Shown: positions 28,211 through 39,799, numbered from the stretch's first letter. The stretch is DNA of 47,495 bases from Vulcanimicrobiota bacterium (GCA_003135555.1 PLCF01000040.1:16101-63595), one strand, 5' to 3'. Notes: a model not told the origin generated them from the letters alone. Made by a program: numbers and translations.

Positions 28211-28232
28211 CAGCCGGCGATGCGGCGCGAGC

Positions 28233-30146
28233 CTACGCCAGTCCCGCCAGAACCGGTTCGTAGACGCGCTGGGCGATGAAGACGTCGAGCAAGTCGCGGT
28301 CGATCTTGCCCCGATCGGCGAACTCGCGCTCCATGATCCCCAGCGCGCGCGCGACCGACATCGCCGGCTTGTAGGGACGGTCGTTGGCGGTGAGCGCGTC
28401 GAACACGTCGGCGATCGTCAGCATGCGCACCTGCGGAACGATCTGGGCGCCTTTGAGGCCGCGCGGGTACCCCGTTCCGTCGAGGTGCTCGTGGTGTCCG
28501 TAGGCCATTTCGGGGACGCGCTGCCAGGGCGTCTTGGACCACGGTATCTCGCGCAGGAAGTAAAACGACTGCGTGACGTGTTGCTCCATGGTGCGGCGCT
28601 CGTCGCTCGACAGCGAGCCGCGCGGGATGCGCAGGAACTCCAGCTCGGCGCCGTCGAGCAATGGCCGCTCGCCCCCGAGGTCGCGGTAGCTCGTCTGCGC
28701 GAGCGCGTCGAGCCCTTCGCCGTGGCCCGTAGCGACCATGTGCGGCTCGTTGGCGGCCTCGACGCGCGCGAGCAGCGCGTGCAACTCGGCCCGCCGCAGT
28801 TCGTCGGGACACTGTTCGATCGCCAGCAGGAAGCGCAGGCGAATCGTGTCGATGCGGCCGTCGGGGAGCTTCTTGGCCTTGCCGAAGATGTATTCGGGAA
28901 CCGCGACCTTGCCGAAGTCGTGGAGCAGCGCGGCGTAGCGCATCTCGCGAATCTGGTCGGGATCGAAGTGCAGCCCGGCGAGATTGCCGGCTTGTACGGC
29001 GTTGACGGCTTCGGCTTGGCGGACGGTCAGGTCGGCGACCCGTGACGAGTGACCTTGGGTGGACTTGTCGCGTACTTCGATCGCTTTGACCGAGGCGCGC
29101 ACGAACTGTTCGAACAGGTCCTGAATCGACTCGAGCAGCGCTCTGTTCTCGAGCGCCACGCCCGCTTGTGAGGCCAGCGAGCGCAACACGTGCTCGTCGC
29201 GGGCGCTGAACGGGAGCACGACCTCTTCGGTATGCGCGGGCGAGGTCAGCGCCAGCCCGAAATCCGGCTTGCGATTGATGAGCATGATGACGCCCACGAT
29301 CGCATCCTCGTGGTCGCGCATCGGCATCGCGAGCACCGACATCGTGCGGTACCCGTTGGCGAGATCGAAGCTGCGGTTCACGCGGTATTCGGCCGACCCG
29401 GGGACGCGATAGGCGTCCGCGATGCGGACCGTCTCACCGGTCAGGGCGACGTAGCCCGAGATGGAGGTGCGCGAGAGCGGCAGCACCGCGCCCAGGTACG
29501 TCCCGGCGTCGCGCGGCCCGGTCTGCGCGACCGCGAACCGCAACACGCGCTCGCCGCCGGGCCCGTTCTCGAGCAGGTACAGCGAGCCCGAGTCCGCCCG
29601 GGTCAACTCGCGGGCGTTGCGCACGACCGTCTGCTGCAGTTTGGTCACGTCCCGCTCCGACGACAGGGCCAACCCGATCCCGAGCAGACGTTCGCTCTCG
29701 CCGCGGGCATCGCGTACGCGCTCCCCGGCCGCCAGCGTCGCGGCTGCGGCGCGGACCGTCGCGGTGAGGGCGGCTCCATCGATCGGCGCGACGATCCAGC
29801 CCCCGACGTGGCGATGGGAGGCCAGCCAGCCGTTCTCCGAACCGCGCTCCGCCACGATGACGGTGGTTGCGCCCTGCGCCTCGCCGATGAGCTCGAGCGC
29901 GTGCTCGATCGTCGTTCGCGGGCCCAGCGAGAGCAGCCGCGCCTCGTCGACGAGGTACACCACCGGTACGCCGGCGTCGTCGGGGAGGTACGGAAAATGG
30001 CCCTCCCGGTGCCCGATCCCGGCGGTATCGAGCGCGCGGGCCGCCGCCCCAAGCGAAAGCCCGCACGGGTAAACGACTACAAACGCCGAGTCCATGGCGA
30101 TAGTGCGGGCGATCACACGTGCACCTCCTGAGGCCATCCTACCCAT
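28233..30146 (-). CDS. GAF + HD-GYP cyclic dinucleotide phosphodiesterase (start uncertain)
   Basis: GAF motif FD..NGYRTMSVLAMPM...GV..LIN; intact LLHDFGK, HHEHLDGTGYP and ADVFDALTA.DRPYK. Confidence 0.9.
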   Translation of the reverse strand: MGRMASGGARVIARTIAMDSAFVVVYPCGLSLGAAARALDTAGIGHREGHFPYLPDDAGVPVVYLVDEARLLSLGPRTTIEHALELIGEAQGATTVIVAERGSENGWLASHRHVGGWIVAPIDGAALTATVRAAAATLAAGERVRDARGESERLLGIGLALSSERDVTKLQQTVVRNARELTRADSGSLYLLENGPGGERVLRFAVAQTGPRDAGTYLGAVLPLSRTSISGYVALTGETVRIADAYRVPGSAEYRVNRSFDLANGYRTMSVLAMPMRDHEDAIVGVIMLINRKPDFGLALTSPAHTEEVVLPFSARDEHVLRSLASQAGVALENRALLESIQDLFEQFVRASVKAIEVRDKSTQGHSSRVADLTVRQAEAVNAVQAGNLAGLHFDPDQIREMRYAALLHDFGKVAVPEYIFGKAKKLPDGRIDTIRLRFLLAIEQCPDELRRAELHALLARVEAANEPHMVATGHGEGLDALAQTSYRDLGGERPLLDGAELEFLRIPRGSLSSDERRTMEQHVTQSFYFLREIPWSKTPWQRVPEMAYGHHEHLDGTGYPRGLKGAQIVPQVRMLTIADVFDALTANDRPYKPAMSVARALGIMEREFADRGKIDRDLLDVFIAQRVYEPVLAGLA

Positions 30147-30251
30147 CTATCGGCAGGACCTATGCACTAACGTGAAGCGGGGGTTCGCTCGCTGGGGGCG
30201 GCGGCGCGGCACCCGGGGGCGGGTGGCCCGGGACGTCGAACCCGACGCCGG

Positions 30252-30680
30252 ATGACCGAAGACGTGATCGCGGCGCGCGCCCGCGCGCTCGCCGGGGCGC
30301 TCACGGAGGCCGGCTTTGCCCGCCTGCGTGTCCGCGACGGGGACACGGAGATCGAGCTGCGGCGGGCGCCGGGGGCGGTCTCCGGGGCCGCGCCTTCGCC
30401 TTCGTCCGCTCCCGCGGCCGCAGCGGCGGAGGTAGCGGATCGGCCGCCGGAGCGCCGCGTAGAGGTCGTCGCCAGCGACGTCGTCGGGATCGTGCGGTTG
30501 CTGCGCCCGGCCATCGGGGAGGGGCAGGAGCTCGACGGCGACCGCGAGCTGGCCTACGTCGAGACCCTCGGGATCCGCAACCCCGTGCGCTCGCGCGGAG
30601 GCGGCCGCGTCAGCACCGTTTTCGTGAGTGAGGGCCAGCCCGTCGAATACGGCCAGCCCCTGTTCGCCATAGATAGATAA
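30252..30680 (+). CDS. BCCP (AccB)-like protein lacking the biotinyl-lysine
   Basis: AccB architecture (N-terminal domain, Ala/Pro linker, ...GQPVEYGQPLF) directly upstream of accC. EAMKM is replaced by ETLGI and the protein contains no Lys. Confidence 0.88.
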   Translation: MTEDVIAARARALAGALTEAGFARLRVRDGDTEIELRRAPGAVSGAAPSPSSAPAAAAAEVADRPPERRVEVVASDVVGIVRLLRPAIGEGQELDGDRELAYVETLGIRNPVRSRGGGRVSTVFVSEGQPVEYGQPLFAIDR

Positions 30681-30683
30681 CCC

Positions 30684-32039
<1,356 letters not shown>

Positions 32040-32042
32040 CCC

Positions 32043-32468
32043 GTGCCTTCGATATCGCGGCGCCACGGGCGCGAGATCGCCTTGCAGGCGCTCTACGGAG
32101 CGGAGGTCGGCAAACGCGGACCCGAAGAGATGCTGACCGAGCTGCTGGTCCGCGACGAAACGTCGGAGGGTAGCGACTTCGTGCGTGACCTCGTGTTCGG
32201 AACGGTCGAGCACCGCGACGAGTGCGACGCGGTCATCGCTCCGCTGCTCGAAGGCTGGACCCTGGACCGCTTACCGACGATCGATCGCATCATCTTGCGG
32301 ATGAGCGCCTTTGAACTCAAGCACCGCCGCGAGATCGATCCGGCGGTGGTGATCAACGAAGCGGTCGAGCTGGCGAAGAAGTTCTCGACCGAGGATTCCG
32401 GCCGGTACGTCAACGGCGTGCTCGCGAACGTCATCCTCGCGACGCCGGCGCCCGGAGTGCAGCGGTGA
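32043..32468 (+). CDS. nusB: Transcription antitermination factor NusB
   Basis: Motifs RRHGREIALQALY, W..DRL..IDR.ILR, INEAVELAKKF and YVNGVL. Confidence 0.96.
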   Translation: MPSISRRHGREIALQALYGAEVGKRGPEEMLTELLVRDETSEGSDFVRDLVFGTVEHRDECDAVIAPLLEGWTLDRLPTIDRIILRMSAFELKHRREIDPAVVINEAVELAKKFSTEDSGRYVNGVLANVILATPAPGVQR

Positions 32469-34663
32469 GCCGCGCGCTCGCGGGTTCGCGTACGGGCGTT
32501 CGCCGGCGCTCGACCAAACGCGGCGGCGGCGGCATCAGCCGCATCATCGGCCGCATCATCAAGGTGTTCGCCATCCTCGTGCTGTTCGCGATCCTGCTCT
32601 TCGTGGGGATCGTCGCCGGGATCGTCGCGTCGTACTCGCGCAATCTGCCCGACATCAACCGCATGGCGGACTACCAGCCGTCGCGCTCGACGCGCGTCTT
32701 CGCGCGCAACGGGATCCAGCTGGCGAATCTATTCCGCGAGAACCGCACCTGGGTCACGATCGACCGGATCCCAGTGCCGGTACGCAACGCGTTCATCGCC
32801 ACCGAGGACCGTCACTTCTACCAGCACCACGGCGTGGACTTCGCCGGAATCGCACGCGCTGCGATCGCCGATTCCCGGCACCAGCGGTTGCAGGGCGCCT
32901 CGACGATCACCCAGCAGCTCGCGCGCCGATTGTTCCTCAGCAATGAGGTGAGCGCGGCGCGCAAGATTCAAGAAGCGCTGCTGGCGATGGAGATCGAGCG
33001 CTCCTACACCAAGGACGAGATCCTCGAGCGCTATCTGAACATCATGTACTTCGGTGCGGGGGCGTACGGCATCGAAGCGGCCGCGCACACCTACTTCGGC
33101 ACCGACGTAGGCCACCTGCGGCTCGGTCAAGCCGCGATGTTGGCCGGTCTGCTGGCCGCACCGTCGGATTACTCGCCGTATGCGAGCATCGGCCACGCCA
33201 AGCAGCGCCAGGAGCACGTGCTCGAGCGCATGGTCGAAGCCGGCGTCATCACCCGCGCGCAGGCGAACAACGCCCAGCGCGCGCCGCTGGGTCTGCTGCG
33301 AGAGCGCGCCGCCGGGCTGCAATCGTATCGCTACCCCTACTTCACGACCTACGTCACGCATCTGCTCGAAGAGCAATTCGGGGTGCAGGCGACCTACGAA
33401 GGCGGACTGCAGGTCTACACGACGCTCGATCCCGAGAAACAGCAGATCGCGCAAGACGCCGTCGCGTGGGGGATCGAGCGTGCGCAGGCCGAGGGAATCG
33501 GCGCGCACCAAGGCGCGCTCGTCGCGATCCGCCCGTCGACCGGAGAGATCGTCGCGATGGTCGGCGGCGCCACACCGTTCTCGCTCTCCAACCAGTTCAA
33601 CCGCGCGTGGCAATCGCATCGCCAGCCGGGCTCGTCGTTCAAGGCCTACGTCTACACCGCCGAGGTCGACGCCGGGAATCCGCCGACGACGATCGTCGAA
33701 GACACCCCGGTCAGCTATCCGATGGGCGACGGAACGCGCTGGGCACCGATGGACGACGACATGCGCTTCCTGGGCTCGATGACGCTGCGGTCGGCGCTCA
33801 CCAACTCACGCAACGTCGTGGCGGTGAAGCTGGCCCAGAACTTGGGGATCGACCGCGTGGTGGAGTACGCGCACCGCATGGGCGTGACCGCACCGCTCGA
33901 TCCGACGCTCTCGCTGGCGCTGGGTTCGTCGGGCGTCTCGCCGTTGGATCAAGCCGCGGGGTATGCGACGCTGGCGAACCAAGGCGTGCACATCGCGCCG
34001 TCGCCGTTCAAGATCGTGCGCGACTCGCTGGGGATGCCGGTCCTCGACAACACCTTCCCGCAACGGACCGAAGTCGTCAGCGCCGGCGTCGCCTACGTGA
34101 TGACCTCGATGCTGGAGTCGGTGATCGCGGAGGGGACGGGCTATCCCAACGCCGTCATCGGCCGCCCGGCCGCGGGCAAGACCGGGACCACGACGGCCTT
34201 TCGCGACGCCTGGTTCGTGGGGTACACGCCCGACCTCGTCGCCGCGGTGTGGATCGGCAACGACGACTACTCGCGCATGAACGAATCGTTCGGCGGCAAC
34301 ATCCCGGCTCGAATCTGGGCGCGCTTCATGAAACAGGCGCTCGAAAAGGTGAAGCCGCACGACTTCGTGCTGCCGGTCGGCGAGGTGCGCAAAGTCCGGT
34401 TGTGCGGCACCGGGCGTGACGAAGTCTTCGTGGCGGGCACCGAACCGCAACACACCTGCGGTTCGTCCGGCGACGATACGACGCCGCTGCGGCCGAGAAC
34501 GCACGTCGCCGTGCCGGCGGCTCCCGTCCCGGTCGCGCGCGCCGCCGTGCCGCGTACGCCGCCGACGCTCGTGCCGCTCACGCCGGCGCCCAACACGGTC
34601 GGCGACGGGCAACGCTCCGTGCGGTTGGACGAAACACCCGCGCCCGTCCCGATGCCGCCGTGA
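32465..34663 (+). CDS. Class A penicillin-binding protein (PBP1A family)
   Basis: TM anchor; transglycosylase motifs EDRHFYQHHG, GASTITQQL and RKIQE; transpeptidase motifs SSFK, SRN and KTG. Confidence 0.95.
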   Translation: MSRALAGSRTGVRRRSTKRGGGGISRIIGRIIKVFAILVLFAILLFVGIVAGIVASYSRNLPDINRMADYQPSRSTRVFARNGIQLANLFRENRTWVTIDRIPVPVRNAFIATEDRHFYQHHGVDFAGIARAAIADSRHQRLQGASTITQQLARRLFLSNEVSAARKIQEALLAMEIERSYTKDEILERYLNIMYFGAGAYGIEAAAHTYFGTDVGHLRLGQAAMLAGLLAAPSDYSPYASIGHAKQRQEHVLERMVEAGVITRAQANNAQRAPLGLLRERAAGLQSYRYPYFTTYVTHLLEEQFGVQATYEGGLQVYTTLDPEKQQIAQDAVAWGIERAQAEGIGAHQGALVAIRPSTGEIVAMVGGATPFSLSNQFNRAWQSHRQPGSSFKAYVYTAEVDAGNPPTTIVEDTPVSYPMGDGTRWAPMDDDMRFLGSMTLRSALTNSRNVVAVKLAQNLGIDRVVEYAHRMGVTAPLDPTLSLALGSSGVSPLDQAAGYATLANQGVHIAPSPFKIVRDSLGMPVLDNTFPQRTEVVSAGVAYVMTSMLESVIAEGTGYPNAVIGRPAAGKTGTTTAFRDAWFVGYTPDLVAAVWIGNDDYSRMNESFGGNIPARIWARFMKQALEKVKPHDFVLPVGEVRKVRLCGTGRDEVFVAGTEPQHTCGSSGDDTTPLRPRTHVAVPAAPVPVARAAVPRTPPTLVPLTPAPNTVGDGQRSVRLDETPAPVPMPP

Positions 34664-36093
34664 TCGCCGGACGCGACTGGACGGGCGTCCCGGTCGTCGG
34701 CGTCTCGCGGTTAGCCAACTACGTCCGGCGAAAGCTCGAAACCGACCCGAAGCTCGCGGTGCTCGGCGTCGAGGGCGAAGTCTCGAACGTGCGCGTGCAA
34801 TCCAGCGGGAGTTGGAACTTCGTCCTCAAGGATCGTGATGCCGTCCTGGCGTGCTTCGCGTTTCCCAGCGACGCCGCAACGTTCCCCGAGGTGCGCAACG
34901 GCGATGCCGTCATCGTATACGGCAAGGTCACGACCTACGCTCCCGACTCCAAGTATCAGCTGCAGGTGCGCCACCTGCAGCTCGCCGGGGTCGGCGCGCT
35001 GTACGCGCGCTACGAGGCGCTGCGGCTAAAGCTCGAGGCCGAAGGCCTGTTCCGTCCCGACCGCAAGAAGGCCGTCCCCACGCATCCGTTCCGCGTCGCG
35101 CTGGTGGGCTCGCCCAGCGGTGACGGTACGCGCGATTTTCGCACCCAGGCGCGGCTGCGGGCGCCGCACGTGCGCGTCGAGCTGGTCCCGACGCCGGTGC
35201 AGGGCGACGTCGCGCCGCAGATCGTCGCGGCGCTGCAACGAGCCTGTGCGACCTCGCCCGACGTCGTCGTGCTCGCGCGCGGCGGCGGTTCGTTCGAGGA
35301 CCTCTTCGTGTTCAACGACGAGCGCGTCGTACGCGCCGTCGCCGGCTGCCCGCTGCCGATCGTCACCGCGATCGGTCACGAATCCAACGTGTCGCTGGCC
35401 GACTACGCGGCGAGCCGATACGCTGCGACGCCGTCCACGGCCGCGCAAACGCTGCTGCCGAATCGGGCCGATCTGCTGCGCGAGCTGGGGCGCGACCGGG
35501 AGCGCATGACGCGTGCGTTCGCGGCGCGGACGCAACGCCTGCGTTCGCAACTTGACTCGATCGAGCGCCGCTCGCCGTTGGCCGAGCCGGCGCTGCTGCT
35601 CGCAAACCCCCGCCAGCGCCTCGATGCGGCGGCAGCGGGCCTCGAGCGCGGCGCGGTCGCAGGGCTCGCGCGCCTGCGCAGCCGGCTCGTCGCCGCCAAC
35701 ATCGCGCTGCTGCGGGTCCCGCCGCAAGCGCTGCTGATGTCGCGCCGGCAAAAGCTCGACGCGGCTACCGCCCGCCTCACTACCGGGTTCCTCGATAAGA
35801 AGACCCTGCGTCTCGGCGGGCTCGCGCAGCGCCTCGATCCCGCGCTCGAACGCGTGCTCGCGGGCTGCCGCGGGCAGCTCGCAGTGTCCGACGCCCGGCT
35901 GACCGGCGCCGATCCGCACGCGCCGCTGCGGCGGGGGTATGCGATCGTCGAGCGCTTCGGCGGCGGCATCCTCGTCGACCCGGCCGATGCTCCTCCCGGC
36001 ACGCGGGTCCGCGTGCGCCTGGCTCGCGGAGAGCTGGCGGCGCGCGTCGAACGCAGCGAGCCTGATGGCGGAGAACAAATCGGCCTCTTTTGA
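34660..36093 (+). CDS. xseA: Exodeoxyribonuclease VII large subunit
   Basis: Motifs VEGEVSN, VQG, ARGGGSFEDL..FNDE, AIGHE and TPSTAA. Confidence 0.95.
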   Translation: MIAGRDWTGVPVVGVSRLANYVRRKLETDPKLAVLGVEGEVSNVRVQSSGSWNFVLKDRDAVLACFAFPSDAATFPEVRNGDAVIVYGKVTTYAPDSKYQLQVRHLQLAGVGALYARYEALRLKLEAEGLFRPDRKKAVPTHPFRVALVGSPSGDGTRDFRTQARLRAPHVRVELVPTPVQGDVAPQIVAALQRACATSPDVVVLARGGGSFEDLFVFNDERVVRAVAGCPLPIVTAIGHESNVSLADYAASRYAATPSTAAQTLLPNRADLLRELGRDRERMTRAFAARTQRLRSQLDSIERRSPLAEPALLLANPRQRLDAAAAGLERGAVAGLARLRSRLVAANIALLRVPPQALLMSRRQKLDAATARLTTGFLDKKTLRLGGLAQRLDPALERVLAGCRGQLAVSDARLTGADPHAPLRRGYAIVERFGGGILVDPADAPPGTRVRVRLARGELAARVERSEPDGGEQIGLF

Positions 36094-36313
36094 GGCGTCG
36101 CTCGCCCGTTTGCAAGAGATCGTCGCCGAGCTGGAACGCGAGAACGTCGAGCTCGAGCGGTCCGTCGCGCTCTACCGCGAGGGCCGCGAACTCGTCACGC
36201 GCTGCGAAGGCCAGCTCAAGAGCGCCGAGGAGACCCTGCGCCAAGCGGCCGGAACCACCACGACCACTGCTGCGGCAGAGCCCGGAGCCCCCAACGAAGA
36301 GATCCCGTTTTAG
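36065..36313 (+). CDS. xseB: Exodeoxyribonuclease VII small subunit
   Basis: SFEASLARLQEIVAELE...LERSVALYREG..L..RC...L..AE. Confidence 0.93.
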   Translation: MAENKSASFEASLARLQEIVAELERENVELERSVALYREGRELVTRCEGQLKSAEETLRQAAGTTTTTAAAEPGAPNEEIPF

Positions 36314-36334
36314 CGTCTTAGCCGTTTTAACGTT

Positions 36335-37651
36335 TTAGCGGCGCCTCGTGGGTGGCTCGAATACAGCGGCATCTTGCCGGCGCTGCGGCCGGTCAGGCAC
36401 GGAGCGCACAGGCGTCGACGTGCGCGTGTCACCTTCCGGGCTTGCGATCTGCCGTTCGAGCGCGGTGAACGCGTCGATCAACTCGCGCGCCTCGAACACC
36501 CGATTGCGCCGGCCAGCCTTCACCGGCGTCAGGATCTGCGCTTTCAGCAGCATCTCGATCGCTCGATTGACGGCGCTGAACGTTCGGCCGAGCACCCTTG
36601 TCGCCTCGCTCACCGTCAGTACTGGCATCCCGGGCAGGTGACGCAGCAGCGCGAGCGCTGACGAATCGGCGCGAACCTCGCCGAGCCGAGTCTGCCAGTC
36701 CGTCTGGAGCTGCTGGACCTGCCGCTCGAAGGACTCGGCGTCGGCTACGGCTCGCACGCACGCCGCGGCGAAAAATGCTATCCAATGGTTCATCGCTTCG
36801 GTTGCCGCGCGCGTAGAAGGTGACCCGACGTAGCGCGTCGCGTCGAGTCCGCGTACATAGTCCCGCGCGCGCGTGGCCAGCGCGAGCGAAACAGGCGGTG
36901 TGACGCGCGTTGCCAGTCCCCGGCGTCCCAGCACGATGTAGATGAGCGCGCGCCCCGTGCGCCCGTTCCCATCGGCGAAAGGGTGGATCGTCTCAAATTG
37001 CGCATGCGCAATCGCCGCTTGCGCGACCGCCGGCAACTGATCACCATTGCAGAATGTGGCGAGATCCTCGAGCAAGTCCGGCACCGCTTCGGGCGGTGGG
37101 GGGACAAACGCCGCTTGCAGAGGATTGAATGCGCTACCGCCGATCCAGTTTTGCTCGGTTCGGATGACCCCGGCGTACCGCGCTTTGTCCGTGTGCATGA
37201 GGAGTCGCCGATGGACCTCGACGATCCGATCGACGGTAACCGGGGCAGCGGCGCCGTGGACCGCGTACGCCATCGCATCGACGTTGGCGAGCACCTCGCT
37301 GGCCGTCTCGTCGTTCACAGCGGCGCCTTCGGCCCGCGCCACGTCAGCCCGGAGGAGTCGCTGTGCCGACACCCGGAGGCCCTCGATGTGGGACGAGGCG
37401 ACCGACTCGGCGCGCAGCAAGAGCCGGGCGAGCGACTCGGTATTCGTGAGCGCCGTTGCTGCCAGGTCGAGGCGCGTGATCGCGCTGGTCGCATCCGCGA
37501 CATCGGCGGCAACGTCGCCGTCAAGCGCAAACGGCCGTGCGACCAGTGGGTCAGGCACGTATGCCGCGTACCTACCTCCGGCCCGATCCCGGCGCGGGAT
37601 GCCCAGCCCGGCAATGTCGGCGGCCCAGTAGCGCCGCTCCAGCCTGCCCAT
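36335..37651 (-). CDS. Fic family protein (class II, N-terminal inhibitory helix, C-terminal HTH-like region)
   Basis: Canonical HPFADGNGRTGR motif and inhibitory motif SSHIEG. SD GAGGAG. Confidence 0.92.
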   Translation of the reverse strand: MGRLERRYWAADIAGLGIPRRDRAGGRYAAYVPDPLVARPFALDGDVAADVADATSAITRLDLAATALTNTESLARLLLRAESVASSHIEGLRVSAQRLLRADVARAEGAAVNDETASEVLANVDAMAYAVHGAAAPVTVDRIVEVHRRLLMHTDKARYAGVIRTEQNWIGGSAFNPLQAAFVPPPPEAVPDLLEDLATFCNGDQLPAVAQAAIAHAQFETIHPFADGNGRTGRALIYIVLGRRGLATRVTPPVSLALATRARDYVRGLDATRYVGSPSTRAATEAMNHWIAFFAAACVRAVADAESFERQVQQLQTDWQTRLGEVRADSSALALLRHLPGMPVLTVSEATRVLGRTFSAVNRAIEMLLKAQILTPVKAGRRNRVFEARELIDAFTALERQIASPEGDTRTSTPVRSVPDRPQRRQDAAVFEPPTRRR

Positions 37652-37672
37652 CGTATCGTCTCCTCGGTCCTT

Positions 37673-37701
37673 ATTATATCTTATATCACAGGGTATAACA
37701 A
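37673..37701 (-). promoter_or_regulatory. Sigma70 promoter of the fic gene with an overlapping inverted repeat
   Basis: Minus strand reads TTGTTA-17 nt-TATAAT. Imperfect palindrome TTATATC-ACAG-GGTATAA at 37681-37698 in an AT-rich patch. Confidence 0.7.
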
Positions 37702-37824
37702 GTAACGTCGGCCGCGGGCCGGCCCGCAGGTGCGGCGCGGAGGGCTCCGCCCAGAAAGTGTCGACGTGACCGAGGTGGTGAGGAGAACCGTTCTGACGGC
37801 GCCTAGTAGCCGGACCGGTGATGC

Positions 37825-38634
37825 GTGATCGAGGTGCGTGATCGAGCAGCCAACGCGCACCGGCTCGACGCGGCGGTCGCGACGATGACCGGGCTGACGC
37901 GCTCGCAGGCGCGCGCGCTGATCCTGGCCGGGAAGGTCCGCGTCGACGATGTCCCGGCCAGCAAGCCCGGCGCGAGCGTGCGCGACGGCGCGCAGGTCAC
38001 CGTCGCGCAGAGCCCGCGCTACGTGAGCCGGGGCGGCGAGAAGCTCGAAGGCGCCCTGGGTGCGTTCGGCCTCGCCGTGACCGGGCTCGACGCGCTCGAC
38101 GTCGGCGCCTCGACCGGCGGATTCACCGACGCGTTGCTCCAGCACGGCGCGCGCCACGTCACCGCGCTCGACGTGGGATACGGTCAGCTGGCCTGGAAGC
38201 TGCGCGGCGATCCGCGGGTCACGGTGGTCGAGCGCACCAACCTGCGGACGCTGCCCGACGACGCCTTTCCGCAACGCTTCGATCTCATCGTGATCGACGC
38301 GTCGTTCATCTCGCTGCGCACGCTCGTCGCGCGCGCGGTGGCGTACTTGCGCGACGGCGGCACAATCGTCGCACTGGTGAAGCCGCAGTTCGAAGCCGGG
38401 CGCGAACGCATCGGCGGCGGTGGGGTCGTGCGCGATCCGGCGGTCCACGCTTCGGTGTTGCGCGAGGTGCGCGACTCCGTGCGGGCAGCCGGCGTGCGCG
38501 TCGTGAACGCCGCGATGTCGGCCTTGCGGGGGCCGGCCGGCAACGTCGAGTTCTTCTACGAGCTGCGGCGCGCCGGTGACGAGGTCGCCGACGCGCGGCT
38601 CGACGCGCTCGTAGCGGCGGCGCACGCCACGTGA
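37825..38634 (+). CDS. tlyA: TlyA family rRNA 2'-O-methyltransferase
   Basis: S4 domain plus YVSRGGEKL, LDVGASTGGFTD, DVGYGQL, DASFISL, LVKPQFE and GNVEF. Confidence 0.95.
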   Translation: MIEVRDRAANAHRLDAAVATMTGLTRSQARALILAGKVRVDDVPASKPGASVRDGAQVTVAQSPRYVSRGGEKLEGALGAFGLAVTGLDALDVGASTGGFTDALLQHGARHVTALDVGYGQLAWKLRGDPRVTVVERTNLRTLPDDAFPQRFDLIVIDASFISLRTLVARAVAYLRDGGTIVALVKPQFEAGRERIGGGGVVRDPAVHASVLREVRDSVRAAGVRVVNAAMSALRGPAGNVEFFYELRRAGDEVADARLDALVAAAHAT

Positions 38635-39491
38635 AGATCACCGCGATCGCACTTTACGTCAACCTCGACCGGCCGCGTGCAAAAGAGACGGCCGAACGCG
38701 TCGGCGCGCTGGCGGTCGAACACGGCATACGCGTCGGGCTGTGTGAGAACGAGGGTGGCGCCACGGCGTTCGGCTTCCCAACGTCGTGCACGCTCGAAGA
38801 AGCCGATCTGCTGGTCACCGTGGGGGGCGACGGCACGTTACTGCGCGCGGCGCGGCTCGCCCATCCGCTCGGCATTCCGATCCTGGGCGTAAACACCGGA
38901 CGCTTGGGGTTCCTCACCGAGGTGGAGGCCAACGACGACGGCTTCGCCGCGCTCGCCAACGTGTTCCATGGCGAAGTCCAAGTCGACGAGCGCGTCGCGC
39001 TCCACGCGAAGGTCGACGGTTCCGACGAGGTCCACTTCGCGCTCAACGAGGTCGTGGTGCGCCGGGTGACGCAGGCGCGCCTGGCGCCCTTCGGCCTCTC
39101 GCTCGACGGCGAGATGATCGCCCACTTGCCGTCCGACGGCGTCATCGTCGCGACGCCGACCGGCTCGACGGCCTACTTCCTGAGCGCCGGCGGCCCGATC
39201 ATCCATCCGTCGGTGAACGCGCTGGGGGTGGCCGGAATCATGCCGCACACCCTGTTCGCGCGTCCGCTGCTCGTGCCGACCGATGCTCGCATCGAGATCA
39301 CGTGCGACAACGAGCTGTCGCGAGCCAACCTCGAGACCGATGGTTTCGTTGCGGCCGATCTGCGGGCCCGAGACCGCGTGGCGATCTATCGTGCGGAGAC
39401 GCCGGTGCGTTTCGCACGCGTTCGTCCGGGTGCATTCTTCGCCCGGCTCGAAGAGAAGTTGCAATGGGGCGTTCCGATCAAGTCGATGTGA
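38631..39491 (+). CDS. nadK: NAD kinase
   Basis: Motifs VGGDGTLL, G.LGFL, ALNE and DGVIVATPTGSTAYFLSAGGP. Confidence 0.95.
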   Translation: MKITAIALYVNLDRPRAKETAERVGALAVEHGIRVGLCENEGGATAFGFPTSCTLEEADLLVTVGGDGTLLRAARLAHPLGIPILGVNTGRLGFLTEVEANDDGFAALANVFHGEVQVDERVALHAKVDGSDEVHFALNEVVVRRVTQARLAPFGLSLDGEMIAHLPSDGVIVATPTGSTAYFLSAGGPIIHPSVNALGVAGIMPHTLFARPLLVPTDARIEITCDNELSRANLETDGFVAADLRARDRVAIYRAETPVRFARVRPGAFFARLEEKLQWGVPIKSM

Positions 39492-39799
39492 CCCGGCGCC
39501 ACAGGATCGCGGTCGTCGCTGCGATGGTGGCCGCGAGCGCCGCCGGCGTGCTCGTCCTGATCGTGCTCGTGGGTGCGTGGCGCGGTGCGGTGGAGGCGCG
39601 GCAGCGCAACGGACGCATTCACTTCTTCGCGGTGATGGCGTGCCGCCCGCCCGATTCGCCGGACCGGCGTCGCGGTGAGTCCGAGGAGGATCGCCTGCGG
39701 CGCATGGCGCGAAGGTTCGCGGTTCCCACGGCGACGTCGATGACGCTCGAGATGCGCGACTGCGTTGCAAAGACCGAGCAAGCGATGCGGCCCCGGTGA
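39488..39799 (+). CDS. Small hypothetical membrane-anchored protein (103 aa)
   Basis: GTGA overlaps at both ends (nadK stop and recN start); N-terminal TM helix; two Cys. Confidence 0.55.
   Translation: MTRRHRIAVVAAMVAASAAGVLVLIVLVGAWRGAVEARQRNGRIHFFAVMACRPPDSPDRRRGESEEDRLRRMARRFAVPTATSMTLEMRDCVAKTEQAMRPR

Noticed and set aside
36314..37800. IS element or prophage boundary around fic
   Set aside because: No transposase, integrase, terminal inverted repeats or convincing target-site duplication was seen.
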